From Candidatus Poribacteria bacterium (lineage in GTDB: Bacteria; Poribacteria; WGA-4E; UBA9662): a stretch of DNA of 30,357 nucleotides. Positions within the stretch are counted from its first letter, which is position 1, and every line of letters starts with the position of its first letter. The notes under the pieces were generated by a model. That model had not been told where the DNA came from, made no database searches, and worked only from the letters and a program-made list of their open reading frames with translations. The stretch is taken from the NCBI GenBank assembly GCA_046582655.1, contig JAYGDX010000039.1, positions 1 to 30,357 of the forward strand, given 5' to 3'. Both the position numbers and the translations under genes were made by a program. Of this stretch, positions 1 to 10,361 are shown in pieces.

Positions 1-269
1 TGGATCAACCTATTTTCAACTCGTTGTATGGTCCGGCAAACGGTAGACTCGCTGACCGCATAGGCTTGGGCGATGTGGTACTGAGTTTGATATTCCCTCC
101 AATACATCAATGTCATCAGCAGTTGGTCGCTACAACTTAGCTTGGCTGGTCTTCCCCTGTTGGTTGGAGAGAACAAAGTTTGCAACATTTGTCGGAAAAC
201 ATCAACTCTAACTCCTGTTAACCGTTTGAAATCTGACTCGGATCGATCTTTTATCTGTTGGTATCTCAT
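1..269 (-). CDS. IS5-family (ISL2 group-like) transposase, N-terminal HTH part, truncated by window edge
   Basis: Manual translation from ATG at 269: MRYQQIKDRSESDFKRLTGVRVDVFRQML...RGRPAKLSCSDQLLMTLMYWREYQTQYHIAQAYAVSESTVCRTIQRVENRLI. FKRLTGV, RGRP.KLS and LMYWREY...VSESTV.R are typical of the HTH_Tnp_4 domain. Not in the ORF track. Confidence 0.88.
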   Translation of the reverse strand, partial: MRYQQIKDRSESDFKRLTGVRVDVFRQMLQTLFSPTNRGRPAKLSCSDQLLMTLMYWREYQTQYHIAQAYAVSESTVCRTIQRVENRLI

Positions 270-309
270 CCTTCAATTCTAACATTTCTCTCTTTTTGCA
301 AGAGGTCTA
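1..309 (-). mobile_element. Left end of IS5-family insertion sequence; terminal IR TAGACCTCTTGCA (reverse complement of 297-309)
   Basis: TGCAAGAGGTCTA at 297-309 lies 28-40 nt upstream of the transposase ATG. The same sequence forms both ends of the MITE at 18621-18744. Confidence 0.8.
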
Positions 310-513
310 GTGTATAATTAAGGTTAGTGAAAGAAGATAACGAAGCTATTATCCAACGTATTTTCGATGGTTTTCTGATGACAAAGTTATTGAAGAGAAA
401 TCTATATGGGATGAATGCTACGTCTGGTATGCACTCGGCGCTAAGCCACCATCTATTGCATAGCCTAGTTCCCCATAGCAACTCCTAACCATGTTAATTA
501 AGAAGAGGAAGCA

Positions 514-642
514 ATGAAAGTTCAATCATCAGTCAAGAAAAGATGTATTAATTGTAAAATTGTACGGAGAAAAAGAAGAATCTATGTTGTCTGTAAAAAC
601 CCAAGGCACAAATCACGACAGGGGTATGCACGGAGCAAATAA
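514..642 (+). CDS. rpmJ: 50S ribosomal protein L36 (zinc-binding C+ type), 42 aa
   Basis: [42 protein letters not shown]. It has the MKV..SVK start, CxxC...C...H zinc ligands and HK.RQG. GAGGA Shine-Dalgarno at 505-509. Below the ORF track length cutoff. Confidence 0.96.
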   Translation: MKVQSSVKKRCINCKIVRRKRRIYVVCKNPRHKSRQGYARSK

Positions 643-859
643 GGATAATGTTTTCTGTTGTAGGAACACACACCTGTGATCACTACTTGCAGAAGCATGG
701 ATGGATAAACCGAGAAGCATGATAGATGCTCGCCCTTAATCAGACGAAAGAGTCATACAAAAGTCTGAAACTTCATAATTATTCTCCAATGATTAAGCCA
801 ACACTAAACAAATAATTATCATTTTGTAGATATTTCTTCCTCTTTTCTATTGATTAGGA

Positions 860-975
860 ATAAGATTTTGGCTGTACCATCGTCGAAATTCCAGTAACCA
901 AAAAGTCCATCTCCCATCCCCGTTAGGTTTATGCTTATTGCAGCTTGGATTTCTTGTTGTATTCCTGCTACCCCC
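860..975 (-). pseudogene. Remnant of a LamG/concanavalin-like domain protein (C-terminal part)
   Basis: QQEIQAAISINLTGMGDGLFGYWNFDDGTAK resembles the LamG-repeat junction (EIQ....L.G.E.GL.GYWNFDDG.A). The rest of the domain is absent. Confidence 0.6.
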
Positions 976-1005
976 AGTACGAACCTCAGTTGATACTGTA
1001 TCCTT

Positions 1006-2091
1006 TTATCTGGATTCGTAGTCAAACGGAAAATCGACAGGTTCGCCGTTATTCGACCATGATTGTGCCATGGCTACATCGATCTGGCGATCTTTCCAAC
1101 CGTTGAAGGCACCATATTCTGGATCGACGTCGTTTCGCACAGCGTTGGCGATACTCATTAATTCCGAGGCAACACTAATTTCGCCATCACTCAGCGGATA
1201 ATTTTGAAGAGGATTCTCCCAAACAATCTCCGGCTCAGTATCAGCCACCAACGCAGCTAGTGTATCGAATCCATCAATACTATTGGTTTTGCGAGTAATA
1301 GTAATTGGTTGTTGTTCATCAGCCATTTGATTAAGAATGATAGCTTCATCTCGGAAACACATTCCACGTTCGGCATAAAACTTGGTGCCGTTGAAGCCAC
1401 GAAGTGGCGAACCGTAAGACAAACTGCTAAAGTTAAACACGCCAATCGCACCATCAGCGAATTCAACTATGACGTGTTGCCAATCTTCAGAATCCCGTGT
1501 TGGCTGACCTCTTCGCCATGTGTGTTCTTGTACCTGATAATGTTTCCGAAATCCTGTTACACGAACCGGCTTATTATCAAACCCAACATAACTTCGGATC
1601 AGACCGATTCCGTGATATCCATGTCCCCGAAAATCATTGTAAGCAATATGAACTTTTCCGAATACACCAGCAAGAATCATTTCGCCTTTAATTCGCTCGG
1701 TTGGAACACGATAATAATTTTCGTTGACCTCAATCTTGGTTCCGTTCTCCTCAGCCGAGGCGATCATTTTGTCTGCCCAGCCGAGATCTGTATCAATCGG
1801 TGTTTCCGTACAATAGCTGACACCATACTCTGAGCACAAAATGCCTGGAATGTGATTATTGCTTGGTGTGACAACAATAGCACAGATATCCGGGTTAGCT
1901 TTTTCCAGCATTTCGGCGATATCAATATAAGCTGGAACACCATACTGTTCACTTGTTTCATTGGCTGACTTTTCGTTTTAATCGCAAGCGGCAACAAATT
2001 CAAGATCTTGATTAAGTTTGGAAATGATTGGGCAGTAGGTACTGGAACCACGTCTACCTGTTCCAATTAAGGCGATCCGTAGTTTGTCCAT
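1006..2091 (-). pseudogene. Gfo/Idh/MocA oxidoreductase with one in-frame premature stop
   Basis: True start ATG at 2091: MDKLRIALIGTGRRG...LEFVAACD*NEKSANETSEQYGVPAYIDIAEMLEK. TAA at 1978-1980 (codon 38) is in frame with the 301-aa ORF 1006..1911. Rossmann GxGxxG, ETP and ENYYR motifs are present. Confidence 0.85.
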
Positions 2092-2311
2092 TTGGGTATT
2101 TCCTGATGGATTATTGATTATTTCCCCGATTCTAACATGTATTGGAACTGTTGAAAGTGAATATCCCCGACCTCAAAGTCGATTTCTTGCAAATAACTGA
2201 ATCAAATGCGGTTATTACCCACAACCATTTGACCGGAATCCGGTATGCTTCCTTAAATGAGATAATCTTGAGCCAGATAGGTGGTGAAACAACCTTAAAT
2301 CCAGACACTTA

Positions 2312-2911
2312 TTAAGGAGTTCGGATAAAAATCTGGGTGAAATAATAACTGCCATTATCTCCCAGTTCCACCCCTATTCCGGTTAAGTTAAAGTCACCCA
2401 CCATGTTCTTTTGATGTCCAGGGCTGTTGACCCACCCCCTAAACGCGACATAGCACGGTTCCAAGGAGCTAAAGTTCCATGCCACATTCTCTGCTGAAGA
2501 CACTACACTAAAAGTAGTTCGAATCTGCTGAACCCGTTCCCGGAATCCTTGATGCCCAATCGGAACAATTACGTTTGCCATGTTGTTACTGTGCTCTCTG
2601 GCAACCTCCGATATTTCAGCATTGAGAGTTAAGGGATTCAATCCCAACGACACTCGGTATTGATTGACTGATTTATGAATCTCTTCCTCCGCCCAGAAAT
2701 AATCAGGAGATATCTTGTTTAACCTACTGATTTTCTGTATCATCTGCTGTTTTATCTTTTTCTGTCGCAGCATCTGAGCTTCTCGTAGTGACTGACAACC
2801 AGAAAATAAGAGAAAAGGTAGCAGAATGGACAAGCGAATTACATGGAAAGCGAATACATTCACTATACTAAGCAACACAGTTACTAAACTGGCTTCCTTC
2901 AACTTTGGCAA
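2312..2911 (-). CDS. CAP/SCP domain protein, probable lipoprotein
   Basis: VNQYR..LGL.PL, AREHS.NMA, AENVA, WVNSPGHQKNM, GIGV and YYFTQIF motifs; lipobox-like LFSGC. Start codon uncertain. Confidence 0.88.
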   Translation of the reverse strand: MPKLKEASLVTVLLSIVNVFAFHVIRLSILLPFLLFSGCQSLREAQMLRQKKIKQQMIQKISRLNKISPDYFWAEEEIHKSVNQYRVSLGLNPLTLNAEISEVAREHSNNMANVIVPIGHQGFRERVQQIRTTFSVVSSAENVAWNFSSLEPCYVAFRGWVNSPGHQKNMVGDFNLTGIGVELGDNGSYYFTQIFIRTP

Positions 2912-3889
2912 ATAGGTATAGGATCCCTATGATGAATTTATTAAATAAACCTATGTATCCTATCAGACATTAGGTAAGATCATACCTCGACGAAAAGCTT
3001 AAGGTTTTCTGGTTTATGTGTGGAGCAGGTTTTATGAGTGCAATGATGGATAGCATGGAACAACATAAGTTTAATCCTTTATCCAAACACGCTGTACCTG
3101 AAAACTAATTATAGCATTCTGAAAATGAAGTTGATAGAACCTGAATTATACAGTGTTCGTGACTTGAATTGATCTGATGCTTGTTTGTTCCTCTTGGACG
3201 AAAGTCGAAAACTCGGTCACTACATTGAATAGAAAGGACAAAAATCATGATTAATTTCCTCGCCTCAACATTCACTTGGAAGAGCTCTCCTTGGAAAAAA
3301 CATCCGCTTTACAAATATATGAGCGGCTTCGTTGGCAATCTCGGCCAAATCTATCACGTATGGTTCAATCTTAGAACCAAGATGTACAATTAAAAACCTT
3401 GTAACTGGCGATCATACTGAGATTTTTCTAGGCACACCCTGTAGGTCAAAATACACTATAGCCACTAGAAATCTGTTTCAGATACCCTGTGCGAAATGAC
3501 GAATGGCTTTCAGCCGTGAACACCAAATACATATTCCGAATCGTCCAAACATCGAGGCACCCAGCGAAAAAAACGCGCTCTTGAAGGATATCAGGCTGAA
3601 ACATAAGATTGATATATTAGAGAGTTCGCCAACACCATAGAAATGACGAACGTTACCTCTTAAGGCAACATCAATCTTCACCTCTAGATAAAGATAAGAT
3701 TTCATATGGCAAGTCTGAGGTATAACTCACCATGATGGTCTTTCTGTCCATCAATTATGTAATCCACCACATCGTTGATGACGACATCAGTTGCTATTTC
3801 TATCAGTATCTTCGTTGGGATATTAGACAATACTTACCGTAAGCTTCTTGATCCTTCGTACATCAAGCCATCGGCATTCTACGGTTTAG

Positions 3890-5140
3890 TCATACCATAT
3901 GGACTGAGTTCTCGCCAGTCGCACACCGAATCAGATGCCACAATTTCGGAGGATAATCACCAAATCGAGGGGCATTTTTCATCCAGATGAACATAGCGTG
4001 GACAACGTACCCATCCACCTTTTTTTCCCCGACAAATATCGCTTCATCTTCGAAAAGTGAAAATTGATCTGATGTTACTGCAGGGTCAACTTTTCGCCAT
4101 AATAGGATCGGCACGTCGGTCTCTCTTCGCATTTTCTGGCACTGGATAACCGAATCCGCTGGAGGCACCGAGACCAATAAGCCATCAACGATTTTTTCCT
4201 GTACCCATTGTCGCCACTGAAGTTCGATGCTGCAATTTGGCGCGATGACAGGCATTGAACCACTGTCATTGTAGCAGTCCCATAGTTGTTGACCTCCGCT
4301 TCCGCCCCAACCCCATTGACCATCAGGCGTGGTACACGCAATCAGTCGCTGTCCCCGCTGGCTGGTTTCTTTATGCAAACGACGAAGAAATCCAGTATAT
4401 GTATCGCCAATAACTGAGGCTAAGTTAGATTCATCAAATGACCTTTGCCGAGGGTCGATATTGTGCTTTTTTTTGTAGGCCTCCGCCAGCGAAGGATTGA
4501 ACCCATAATGATTGGGACGATCAGTTCCCTGATGCTGGACATGCGTGAAGAAAGTAATTGCCAAATCATCAACTCCTCGATCTAACACATCCCGAACGTG
4601 TTTTAACATCAGTTCCTGTGTTTCTGGTTCGGCATAGCAGGGAACTCCGAAAAACGGTTCACCGTTGCGAGAAAGCATCCACAGGTTGGGATGAAATATA
4701 CTATCTTCGAAAGGACTATCAACAAAATCCCAAAGACACAATGAATAAACAAGCCTAAGTCCGTACTTATGCGCCGCAGCAATGCCGACCGTTAATGTAT
4801 CAAATGCTCGTACCTGACCACCCAAAAACCCCCAGACCGGCAACCATGCATCGTTGTGAGGAGGTAATGGCAGACCTGCAAGTGGAAAAACAGGACTTGG
4901 ATGAGTAACGGTACCACCGCAGTTGGACTGCCAAAGTACTGCCGTTACACCATGTTCTGCACAGTCTTTCATCCAGCTATCTACGTGCGATTCTTTCAAG
5001 GGATTGGCATCTGACAATCGCACGCTTTCACTCCCCCAAGCGCCGGTAGTGTACAAAATGTTTCCATAGACACGAATGGTTAGCCATCGTTCAGGGCGGT
5101 GGGATCTTGATTTAACGATTAGTTTCTGTTGCCGATTCAT
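3890..5140 (-). CDS. Putative glycoside hydrolase-like TIM-barrel protein (GHL10/DUF187-like)
   Basis: 416 aa. DTL...IAAAHKYGLRL, HPNLWML, CYAEPE...V..RGVD, YGFNP...AYKKKH.IDP and W.QW....VDGL follow the DUF187-like motif order. Confidence 0.6.
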   Translation of the reverse strand: MNRQQKLIVKSRSHRPERWLTIRVYGNILYTTGAWGSESVRLSDANPLKESHVDSWMKDCAEHGVTAVLWQSNCGGTVTHPSPVFPLAGLPLPPHNDAWLPVWGFLGGQVRAFDTLTVGIAAAHKYGLRLVYSLCLWDFVDSPFEDSIFHPNLWMLSRNGEPFFGVPCYAEPETQELMLKHVRDVLDRGVDDLAITFFTHVQHQGTDRPNHYGFNPSLAEAYKKKHNIDPRQRSFDESNLASVIGDTYTGFLRRLHKETSQRGQRLIACTTPDGQWGWGGSGGQQLWDCYNDSGSMPVIAPNCSIELQWRQWVQEKIVDGLLVSVPPADSVIQCQKMRRETDVPILLWRKVDPAVTSDQFSLFEDEAIFVGEKKVDGYVVHAMFIWMKNAPRFGDYPPKLWHLIRCATGENSVHMV

Positions 5141-5305
5141 GCTGCCCCAGCAGTAACTTTGACTATCTGATCCACTAGAAGTTAACCTTAGTTAGAACAC
5201 TAGATAGAATAGGTCATTTGGTAGAATGTGCTACCTTGCAAATCTAAATTGTTTGCAATTGACCACAATTTTTCCCCAGACAAGCATTCATTCATCAAAA
5301 AAACC

Positions 5306-6316
5306 TTATCGGATATGGCAAACTATGCTTTTTGCGGCTGACTTATAGCTACCAAACACCAGTTCGAGTGTTTTGAGGTTGTCTGCTCCTGATGTATGTG
5401 GCTCAGTACCAGTATTCAGGCATTCAACCCAGTGTTTCTGGATGTTTACCACGCTCTCCATAACTGCTCCACCGAGTGAACTTCCCCACGAATAGTGTAC
5501 TGGAGGAACGTGGTATGGTGTCATCTGCTTGTTCGACACGACATTAAGTTGATAATCCCTGCGAATCTCTAGTGAACCATGGCTCCCTTCGATCCGTATG
5601 GGTATTTGTATAAACTCGTCGTGCTCGACTGCCGATACATAGTTCATCGCGGCAACACTTGCTCCAGCCGCGTGACATAGTAGGACGGTAGCTGCATCTT
5701 CACCTTGAATGTCAGGGTTTACCTGATGAGTCTGGGCGTATAAGCTTGATACCTCACCCATGAAGAACCGAACCAAGTCAAAGATATGGGTACCCATATC
5801 GTAAAGCACCAGACGTTCATCCTCAGCCAGGTACGGCTGATTGGAATAAACGTTGTATCCCGTGCGGAAAGAAATCTGTGCCAAGAATGGATCACCAATC
5901 CTACCTGAATCAATAAGTTGCTTGGCTCGTTGAATGATCCCTTGCCAGCGGAAGTTCTCGTGAACCATCAAGGTAACCCCAGCTAATTTGCAGGCGTCAA
6001 CCATTGCTTTTGCATCTTCTATCGACGGAGCAAGTGGCTTCTGACAAATCACATGCCGTCCATATCGAGCAGCCATCTCCACCAGCAAACGGTGTGAAGA
6101 CGGTGTCGTTACAATGTCGACAAAGTCAAGGTCTTCGTTTGCCAACATTTCTTCCGCCTCATCATAAACCTGGCGGACCCCGAATTGAGTCTTTGCCGCT
6201 TCTGCTAGCTCGACCTGTTGGTCACAAACAATCACCGAACTAATTTCCTTGATGGCTTGCCACGCCGCAAGGTGATTCTGGGCAAAAAAACCGCAACCAA
6301 TAACACCTACTTTCAA
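5306..6316 (-). CDS. Gfo/Idh/MocA family NAD(P)-dependent oxidoreductase (sugar dehydrogenase-like)
   Basis: VIGCGFFAQNHL, ICQKPLA, VHENFRWQ and DMGTHIFDLVRF motifs; TTG start with GAGGA upstream. Confidence 0.92.
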   Translation of the reverse strand: MKVGVIGCGFFAQNHLAAWQAIKEISSVIVCDQQVELAEAAKTQFGVRQVYDEAEEMLANEDLDFVDIVTTPSSHRLLVEMAARYGRHVICQKPLAPSIEDAKAMVDACKLAGVTLMVHENFRWQGIIQRAKQLIDSGRIGDPFLAQISFRTGYNVYSNQPYLAEDERLVLYDMGTHIFDLVRFFMGEVSSLYAQTHQVNPDIQGEDAATVLLCHAAGASVAAMNYVSAVEHDEFIQIPIRIEGSHGSLEIRRDYQLNVVSNKQMTPYHVPPVHYSWGSSLGGAVMESVVNIQKHWVECLNTGTEPHTSGADNLKTLELVFGSYKSAAKSIVCHIR

Positions 6317-6570
6317 TCTATCTTTTTCCTCTTAAACAGTTAGCTTCAGCCAATCCATACCGTTTTAGATGCTTATAGTTCCATCTCATAGACCCAAGAC
6401 AATAAGCATCTTCAAAGACTTAATTAAAAATCAAAATATGTTTCTATCCGGACACAATAGCACATTTCGCTAATCATGGTGATATACAGCACTTTCTGTT
6501 CGGAACAGAGCTTTGATAATTATCTGTGTTACTACAAATTGGTTAATGAAGCTAGACAGTTGCCTAGAAA

Positions 6571-7278
6571 CTAGAGGAACATGGTAACGCCCATATCGAC
6601 GTATCTACCCTGATCCTCTGATGCAACGCCTCGGAGGCAGACGGCAACGCCGGTCCCTTTAAGCTGTTCCGCTACATGACGAGCACAGTCATCAACCGTC
6701 TTCAAAAAATGGTTCGGGTAACTTTCGATGCTAAAACTCAAGTCTGAGGGGCCAAAAGAGAGACAGTCAACCCCTGGCTTGGCCAGTTTCCTTGCGTTGG
6801 TTACTGAGCCAATTGACTCTATCTGCACCCAAAGCACACCGTTTTCGTTCCACCATTGGGCGTACTCTAAACGCCCATGGTGTTCTGGCGCAACTTTCCG
6901 AGACGCACCACCCCAGCTCCGTTTACCAAACTGCGGATAGTAAAAGGCATCGATGGCTTCGTCAACAGTTGATTCTAGCTCCACTTGCGGAACCTCGATG
7001 CCCATCGGTCCTAGATCTAGATAGTTGCCAATCAGGTAAGCACTACGAGCGTGATTAATCCGAAACTGAACTGGCATATCGAATTCGTCAGCCACATTGC
7101 AGAAGTTAACCAATCGCTCCTCATTAAACGCAGAATGCTGGCTGTCAATCCAAATGTAATCGAAGTCGCCTTTATCCAGAATGGATCTAAGTTGATCCGG
7201 CTCTGTCAAAATTGAGGCTCCTCTACCAATAATGATTTCCCCATCATGGATACATTGTTTCAAACTCTTTTTTGGCAT
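6571..7278 (-). CDS. HpcH/HpaI class II pyruvate-dependent aldolase family protein
   Basis: WIDSQH, FRI, YLDLG..GI.VPQVE, YPQFGKRSWG, QIES and GPSDLS motifs. Start moved from the track's 7335 to the ATG at 7278, which follows an AGGGAG RBS. Confidence 0.88.
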   Translation of the reverse strand: MPKKSLKQCIHDGEIIIGRGASILTEPDQLRSILDKGDFDYIWIDSQHSAFNEERLVNFCNVADEFDMPVQFRINHARSAYLIGNYLDLGPMGIEVPQVELESTVDEAIDAFYYPQFGKRSWGGASRKVAPEHHGRLEYAQWWNENGVLWVQIESIGSVTNARKLAKPGVDCLSFGPSDLSFSIESYPNHFLKTVDDCARHVAEQLKGTGVAVCLRGVASEDQGRYVDMGVTMFL

Positions 7279-7543
7279 GTGACACTCCCTTGTTTCTAAT
7301 AATAGTCGACTAAATCCGATTTTGAAAACCGCCACCTCATCTTTTCATAGCATAATTTCAACTTTTGTTTCTTATATTCTAGACTTCCGCTGTGGCCCAA
7401 ATGACGGTAGAAGTTTTGGTGCCAGTTCTAATCGACTTGCGAATCTAGCTTTTAACTAACCCTTGCAACATGCCTCTAGATTCCCACCTTCCTGATTAGG
7501 CAAAAGGCGGATTTTAATATAAAGTAGAGCTAAGGTATATAGT

Positions 7544-8425
7544 TCAATCGCTCCAACGACTTGGATCAATACCTTGCGCTTCAGTCCTCATCCCCTTCGG
7601 CTTATGTTCTAATTCCCAAACTCCACCAGTCGTATTGAGGCTCTGCAAAAATGGCTTGGCTTGTTCAGGCGCATCGGCAACCAATTTAGGGTCCCATTCC
7701 TTCATCGGCTTAATGGGGCCCGCCCAAGCGGGTCGATAACCAAACTGAATGAGCTCTCTAAGTGAACCATCGGTATTCGGGTGCGTGGCGTGAAACAGCG
7801 TGCTAGGGATAACGACCGCCGAACCGGCTTTGGCACACAGGGTAATCTCTTGAGGATGGGACTTGTAGCGCACGTACGGGCTGGCATGTGCATGGAAGGA
7901 AATATGACTCCGCGGGATGAGTCGAAGCGGTGCCCGTTTTGGGATGAGATCATCGAGGTAGTAGAGCACACGCAGCAATCGTGGAGAACTACCCTCATAA
8001 TCAAAGATTGACGATCCGTGAGGTTGGCCATCGGTGTGCATTGAGATACCAGGTGAGCCGGGATGGGTGCGTTGAAAGAAACCTCGGGTAAATACAATAT
8101 CTGGACCCATCAATTCGGTAAGAAACTCAATCACCGGTGGATGTCCAATGAGTCCAGCCACGGTGCGGCTAATCCATTGGGGTTGTTTAGCTGCAGTCGT
8201 CTGGTACTCGCTATATGGTTTAGGACGCATAAGAGCGTTAGAAAGCTCCTTCTTAAGCTTTGCGATGTGCTCAGCACCCAGCACATCGGGTAGCATCATA
8301 TAGCCTTCCACCTCGAAATGACGAATCCGCTGTGCTAAAGTGAATGATCCGAAGTCCGTCGAGTCAATGTTCATAAAATCGATAACTTCGTCAGGAGCAA
8401 TCTTGGGAATTATGGTCTCTTTCAT
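7544..8425 (-). CDS. Phytanoyl-CoA dioxygenase (PhyH) family Fe(II)/2-oxoglutarate oxygenase
   Basis: FEVEGY...DVL, H-x-D (MHTDG), YYLDD, LIPRSH and FHATHPN...R motifs; GGAGG RBS. Confidence 0.88.
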   Translation of the reverse strand: MKETIIPKIAPDEVIDFMNIDSTDFGSFTLAQRIRHFEVEGYMMLPDVLGAEHIAKLKKELSNALMRPKPYSEYQTTAAKQPQWISRTVAGLIGHPPVIEFLTELMGPDIVFTRGFFQRTHPGSPGISMHTDGQPHGSSIFDYEGSSPRLLRVLYYLDDLIPKRAPLRLIPRSHISFHAHASPYVRYKSHPQEITLCAKAGSAVVIPSTLFHATHPNTDGSLRELIQFGYRPAWAGPIKPMKEWDPKLVADAPEQAKPFLQSLNTTGGVWELEHKPKGMRTEAQGIDPSRWSD

Positions 8426-8915
8426 AGCTTTCCTCCTGATGCATCTCTTACATACGGCACCAAAAATGCCTGATTTTGTCTTAATTTAGTTATTCGCCTA
8501 ACATCAATTCAGCCTTAGTATATCTTTTTGGATTTGCCAATTCAATTGGAAAATCCCGTCTGAATTTTCCCTAATGGGAGAAGATAGATGACAACGCCAA
8601 GGAAACCTGATGCTGACGAGCAACACACCGTCACCAGTGGTCGTAGTGCCATCGGCATGTTACGTGTCGGCTGTTGTCCAACTTGAAAAACCGATCTTCA
8701 CGGCAATCTACAACATTCTCATTGACTGTAAGATGGGTAACTCTTCTACCCCACAGTTGCCTATTTCCTCTTACATACGTTTAAAATGTATCACCCCTAA
8801 TCCAGTTGATGTAGGCTTTTCGTGCGGTGTGGAGGGAACAATGCATCAATAGGATTTTATCAGGTCCCATTGAAGTCGCTTTTGGACGTGAAGGCACTGT
8901 TGAGATAATTTACGC

Positions 8916-8944
8916 TTGCAGACTTTTCTAACCAGCCATATAAT
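8916..8944 (+). promoter_or_regulatory. Candidate sigma70 promoter TTGCAG-N17-TATAAT
   Basis: Perfect -10 box, 17-bp spacer and TTG-containing -35 in the divergent intergenic region, about 400 nt upstream of the gene at 9351. Confidence 0.4.
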
Positions 8945-9350
8945 TGTCAAATGGCATGGTATTTCCTTCTACCAAACCTGGTGGAGACAATACAAAAAAA
9001 TAACAATTCCTGGTGAGGGTTATAAGAAAAATCCTGTATAATGCCGAGTTGATCGGCTCGACGCAAATGTTTTGGTATGTTGTTTCACTTTCAATAGTTC
9101 ACAATCCCCAAAAACTAAAAGAGCCTGATTCTTCCATCCACACATTCGAAAAATCCAATAGACATTTATAAATTAGCTAAAATTTGACAACCCACTAAAT
9201 TAGCAGGCTATGAGTCTTGAGGAATACCTGACAAAATCAGGATAGAGCGGACGTTATAAACTTGTTAAAACCCACTACTCCCTTCAGTTTTGGTAACGAG
9301 TTAATCAACACAGAACAAACAATTCGAGACTAAATGGAAAGCGACTAATC

Positions 9351-10316
9351 ATGAACACTGATTTCACGGGCATCAGGTCTGTTCACTACATTAAGGACGA
9401 TCCGGGGTTAATATGGGTAAAGGATCTGGAAGTCTCCATTGGGCCTGACACACCACTCGACTCGATGAGCATTCTGACGCCCAATGTTGTGCGACTGCCG
9501 GAGGGAGGTTTTCGTATGTACTACACCGGTCTCGGTCCCGGCCGTATGATAGATGTATCAGGAGGCTACATTCTCAGTGCTGTCTCGAGAAACGGACTGA
9601 ATTGGACGAAAGAGCCCGGCATCAGGGTCGACGTTCATGAACCTAACGCCACGCATCGAGTACTCTGTCCTGATGTTATCCCACTACCCGATGGTCGCTG
9701 GAGAATGTACTTCGAGGCTAGAGTAAGTGACAGACCGACGGTGGTCCTCAGTGCAATATCGACGGATGGACTACAATGGAAACCGGAAGAGGGAGTTCGG
9801 GTAGCAAATTCTGAATGGTCATTCGGCTCACCGAGATGCATCCACGTGGAGTCTCCCGACAAACCGACGGGGTTGGAATACAGACTGTACTTTCACCACT
9901 ACTCGTACCCAATGCGGACGGGACTCGGTGCACAGAACCACATAATTAGTGCCATCTCCAGTGATGGACTGTGGTTCGAGGTGGAGCCGAGTATTCGTAT
10001 TGCGCAAGAGAGCGAAGAACGTGAATCATACGCAGTTTATGCACCGGAGGTAATTCGCCTAGCAAATGGTAGCTATCGCATATACTATTCGGGTTGGAGC
10101 GACAAGATTCGTGGTGGTATTTTCAGTGCCTCTTCCCCAGATGGGTTGAACTTCATCAAGGACGCGGGTCCAATTTTAGACCTCGATCGTCCGCTGGACT
10201 GCCGAATGGTCTCAGAACCCTGCGTAATCAACCTTGACGATGGCCGTTGTCGGTTGTACTACGAGGCAGAAAATCAAAATGGAACGCGGCGTATTCTAAG
10301 CGCAACGTCTGGATAA
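9351..10316 (+). CDS. Five-bladed beta-propeller protein (GH32/43/130-like fold)
   Basis: Five repeats of P.V..L.DG..R(M/L)YY...I.SA.S.DGL.W; no signal peptide. Confidence 0.75.
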   Translation: MNTDFTGIRSVHYIKDDPGLIWVKDLEVSIGPDTPLDSMSILTPNVVRLPEGGFRMYYTGLGPGRMIDVSGGYILSAVSRNGLNWTKEPGIRVDVHEPNATHRVLCPDVIPLPDGRWRMYFEARVSDRPTVVLSAISTDGLQWKPEEGVRVANSEWSFGSPRCIHVESPDKPTGLEYRLYFHHYSYPMRTGLGAQNHIISAISSDGLWFEVEPSIRIAQESEERESYAVYAPEVIRLANGSYRIYYSGWSDKIRGGIFSASSPDGLNFIKDAGPILDLDRPLDCRMVSEPCVINLDDGRCRLYYEAENQNGTRRILSATSG

Positions 10317-10361
10317 TAGCAAATTGCAGTAAATTGCGCCAAAAAGGAGCTTAGTAATATA

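Noticed and set aside
266..481. 71-aa ORF overlapping the transposase start
   Set aside because: It crosses the IS boundary and has no recognisable motif; probably spurious.
3204..3214. 11-bp match GTCGAAAACTC shared with the reverse complement of 25752-25762
   Set aside because: Many 11-mer matches are expected by chance at this window size.
3170..3220. Hammerhead-like words CTGATG...GACGAAAGTC-GAAA
   Set aside because: The core is CTGATGC rather than CTGATGA, it is separated from the hairpin by about 16 nt, and no stems I or III were found.
6367..6411. 10-bp inverted repeat AGATGCTTAT/ATAAGCATCT upstream of the oxidoreductase
   Set aside because: About one such repeat is expected by chance in 30 kb, and there is no second copy or U-tract.
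8580..8860. 80-aa ORF 8610..8852 and possible minus-strand remnant
   Set aside because: No family could be recognised in the frames I read; it may be decayed coding DNA but cannot be supported.
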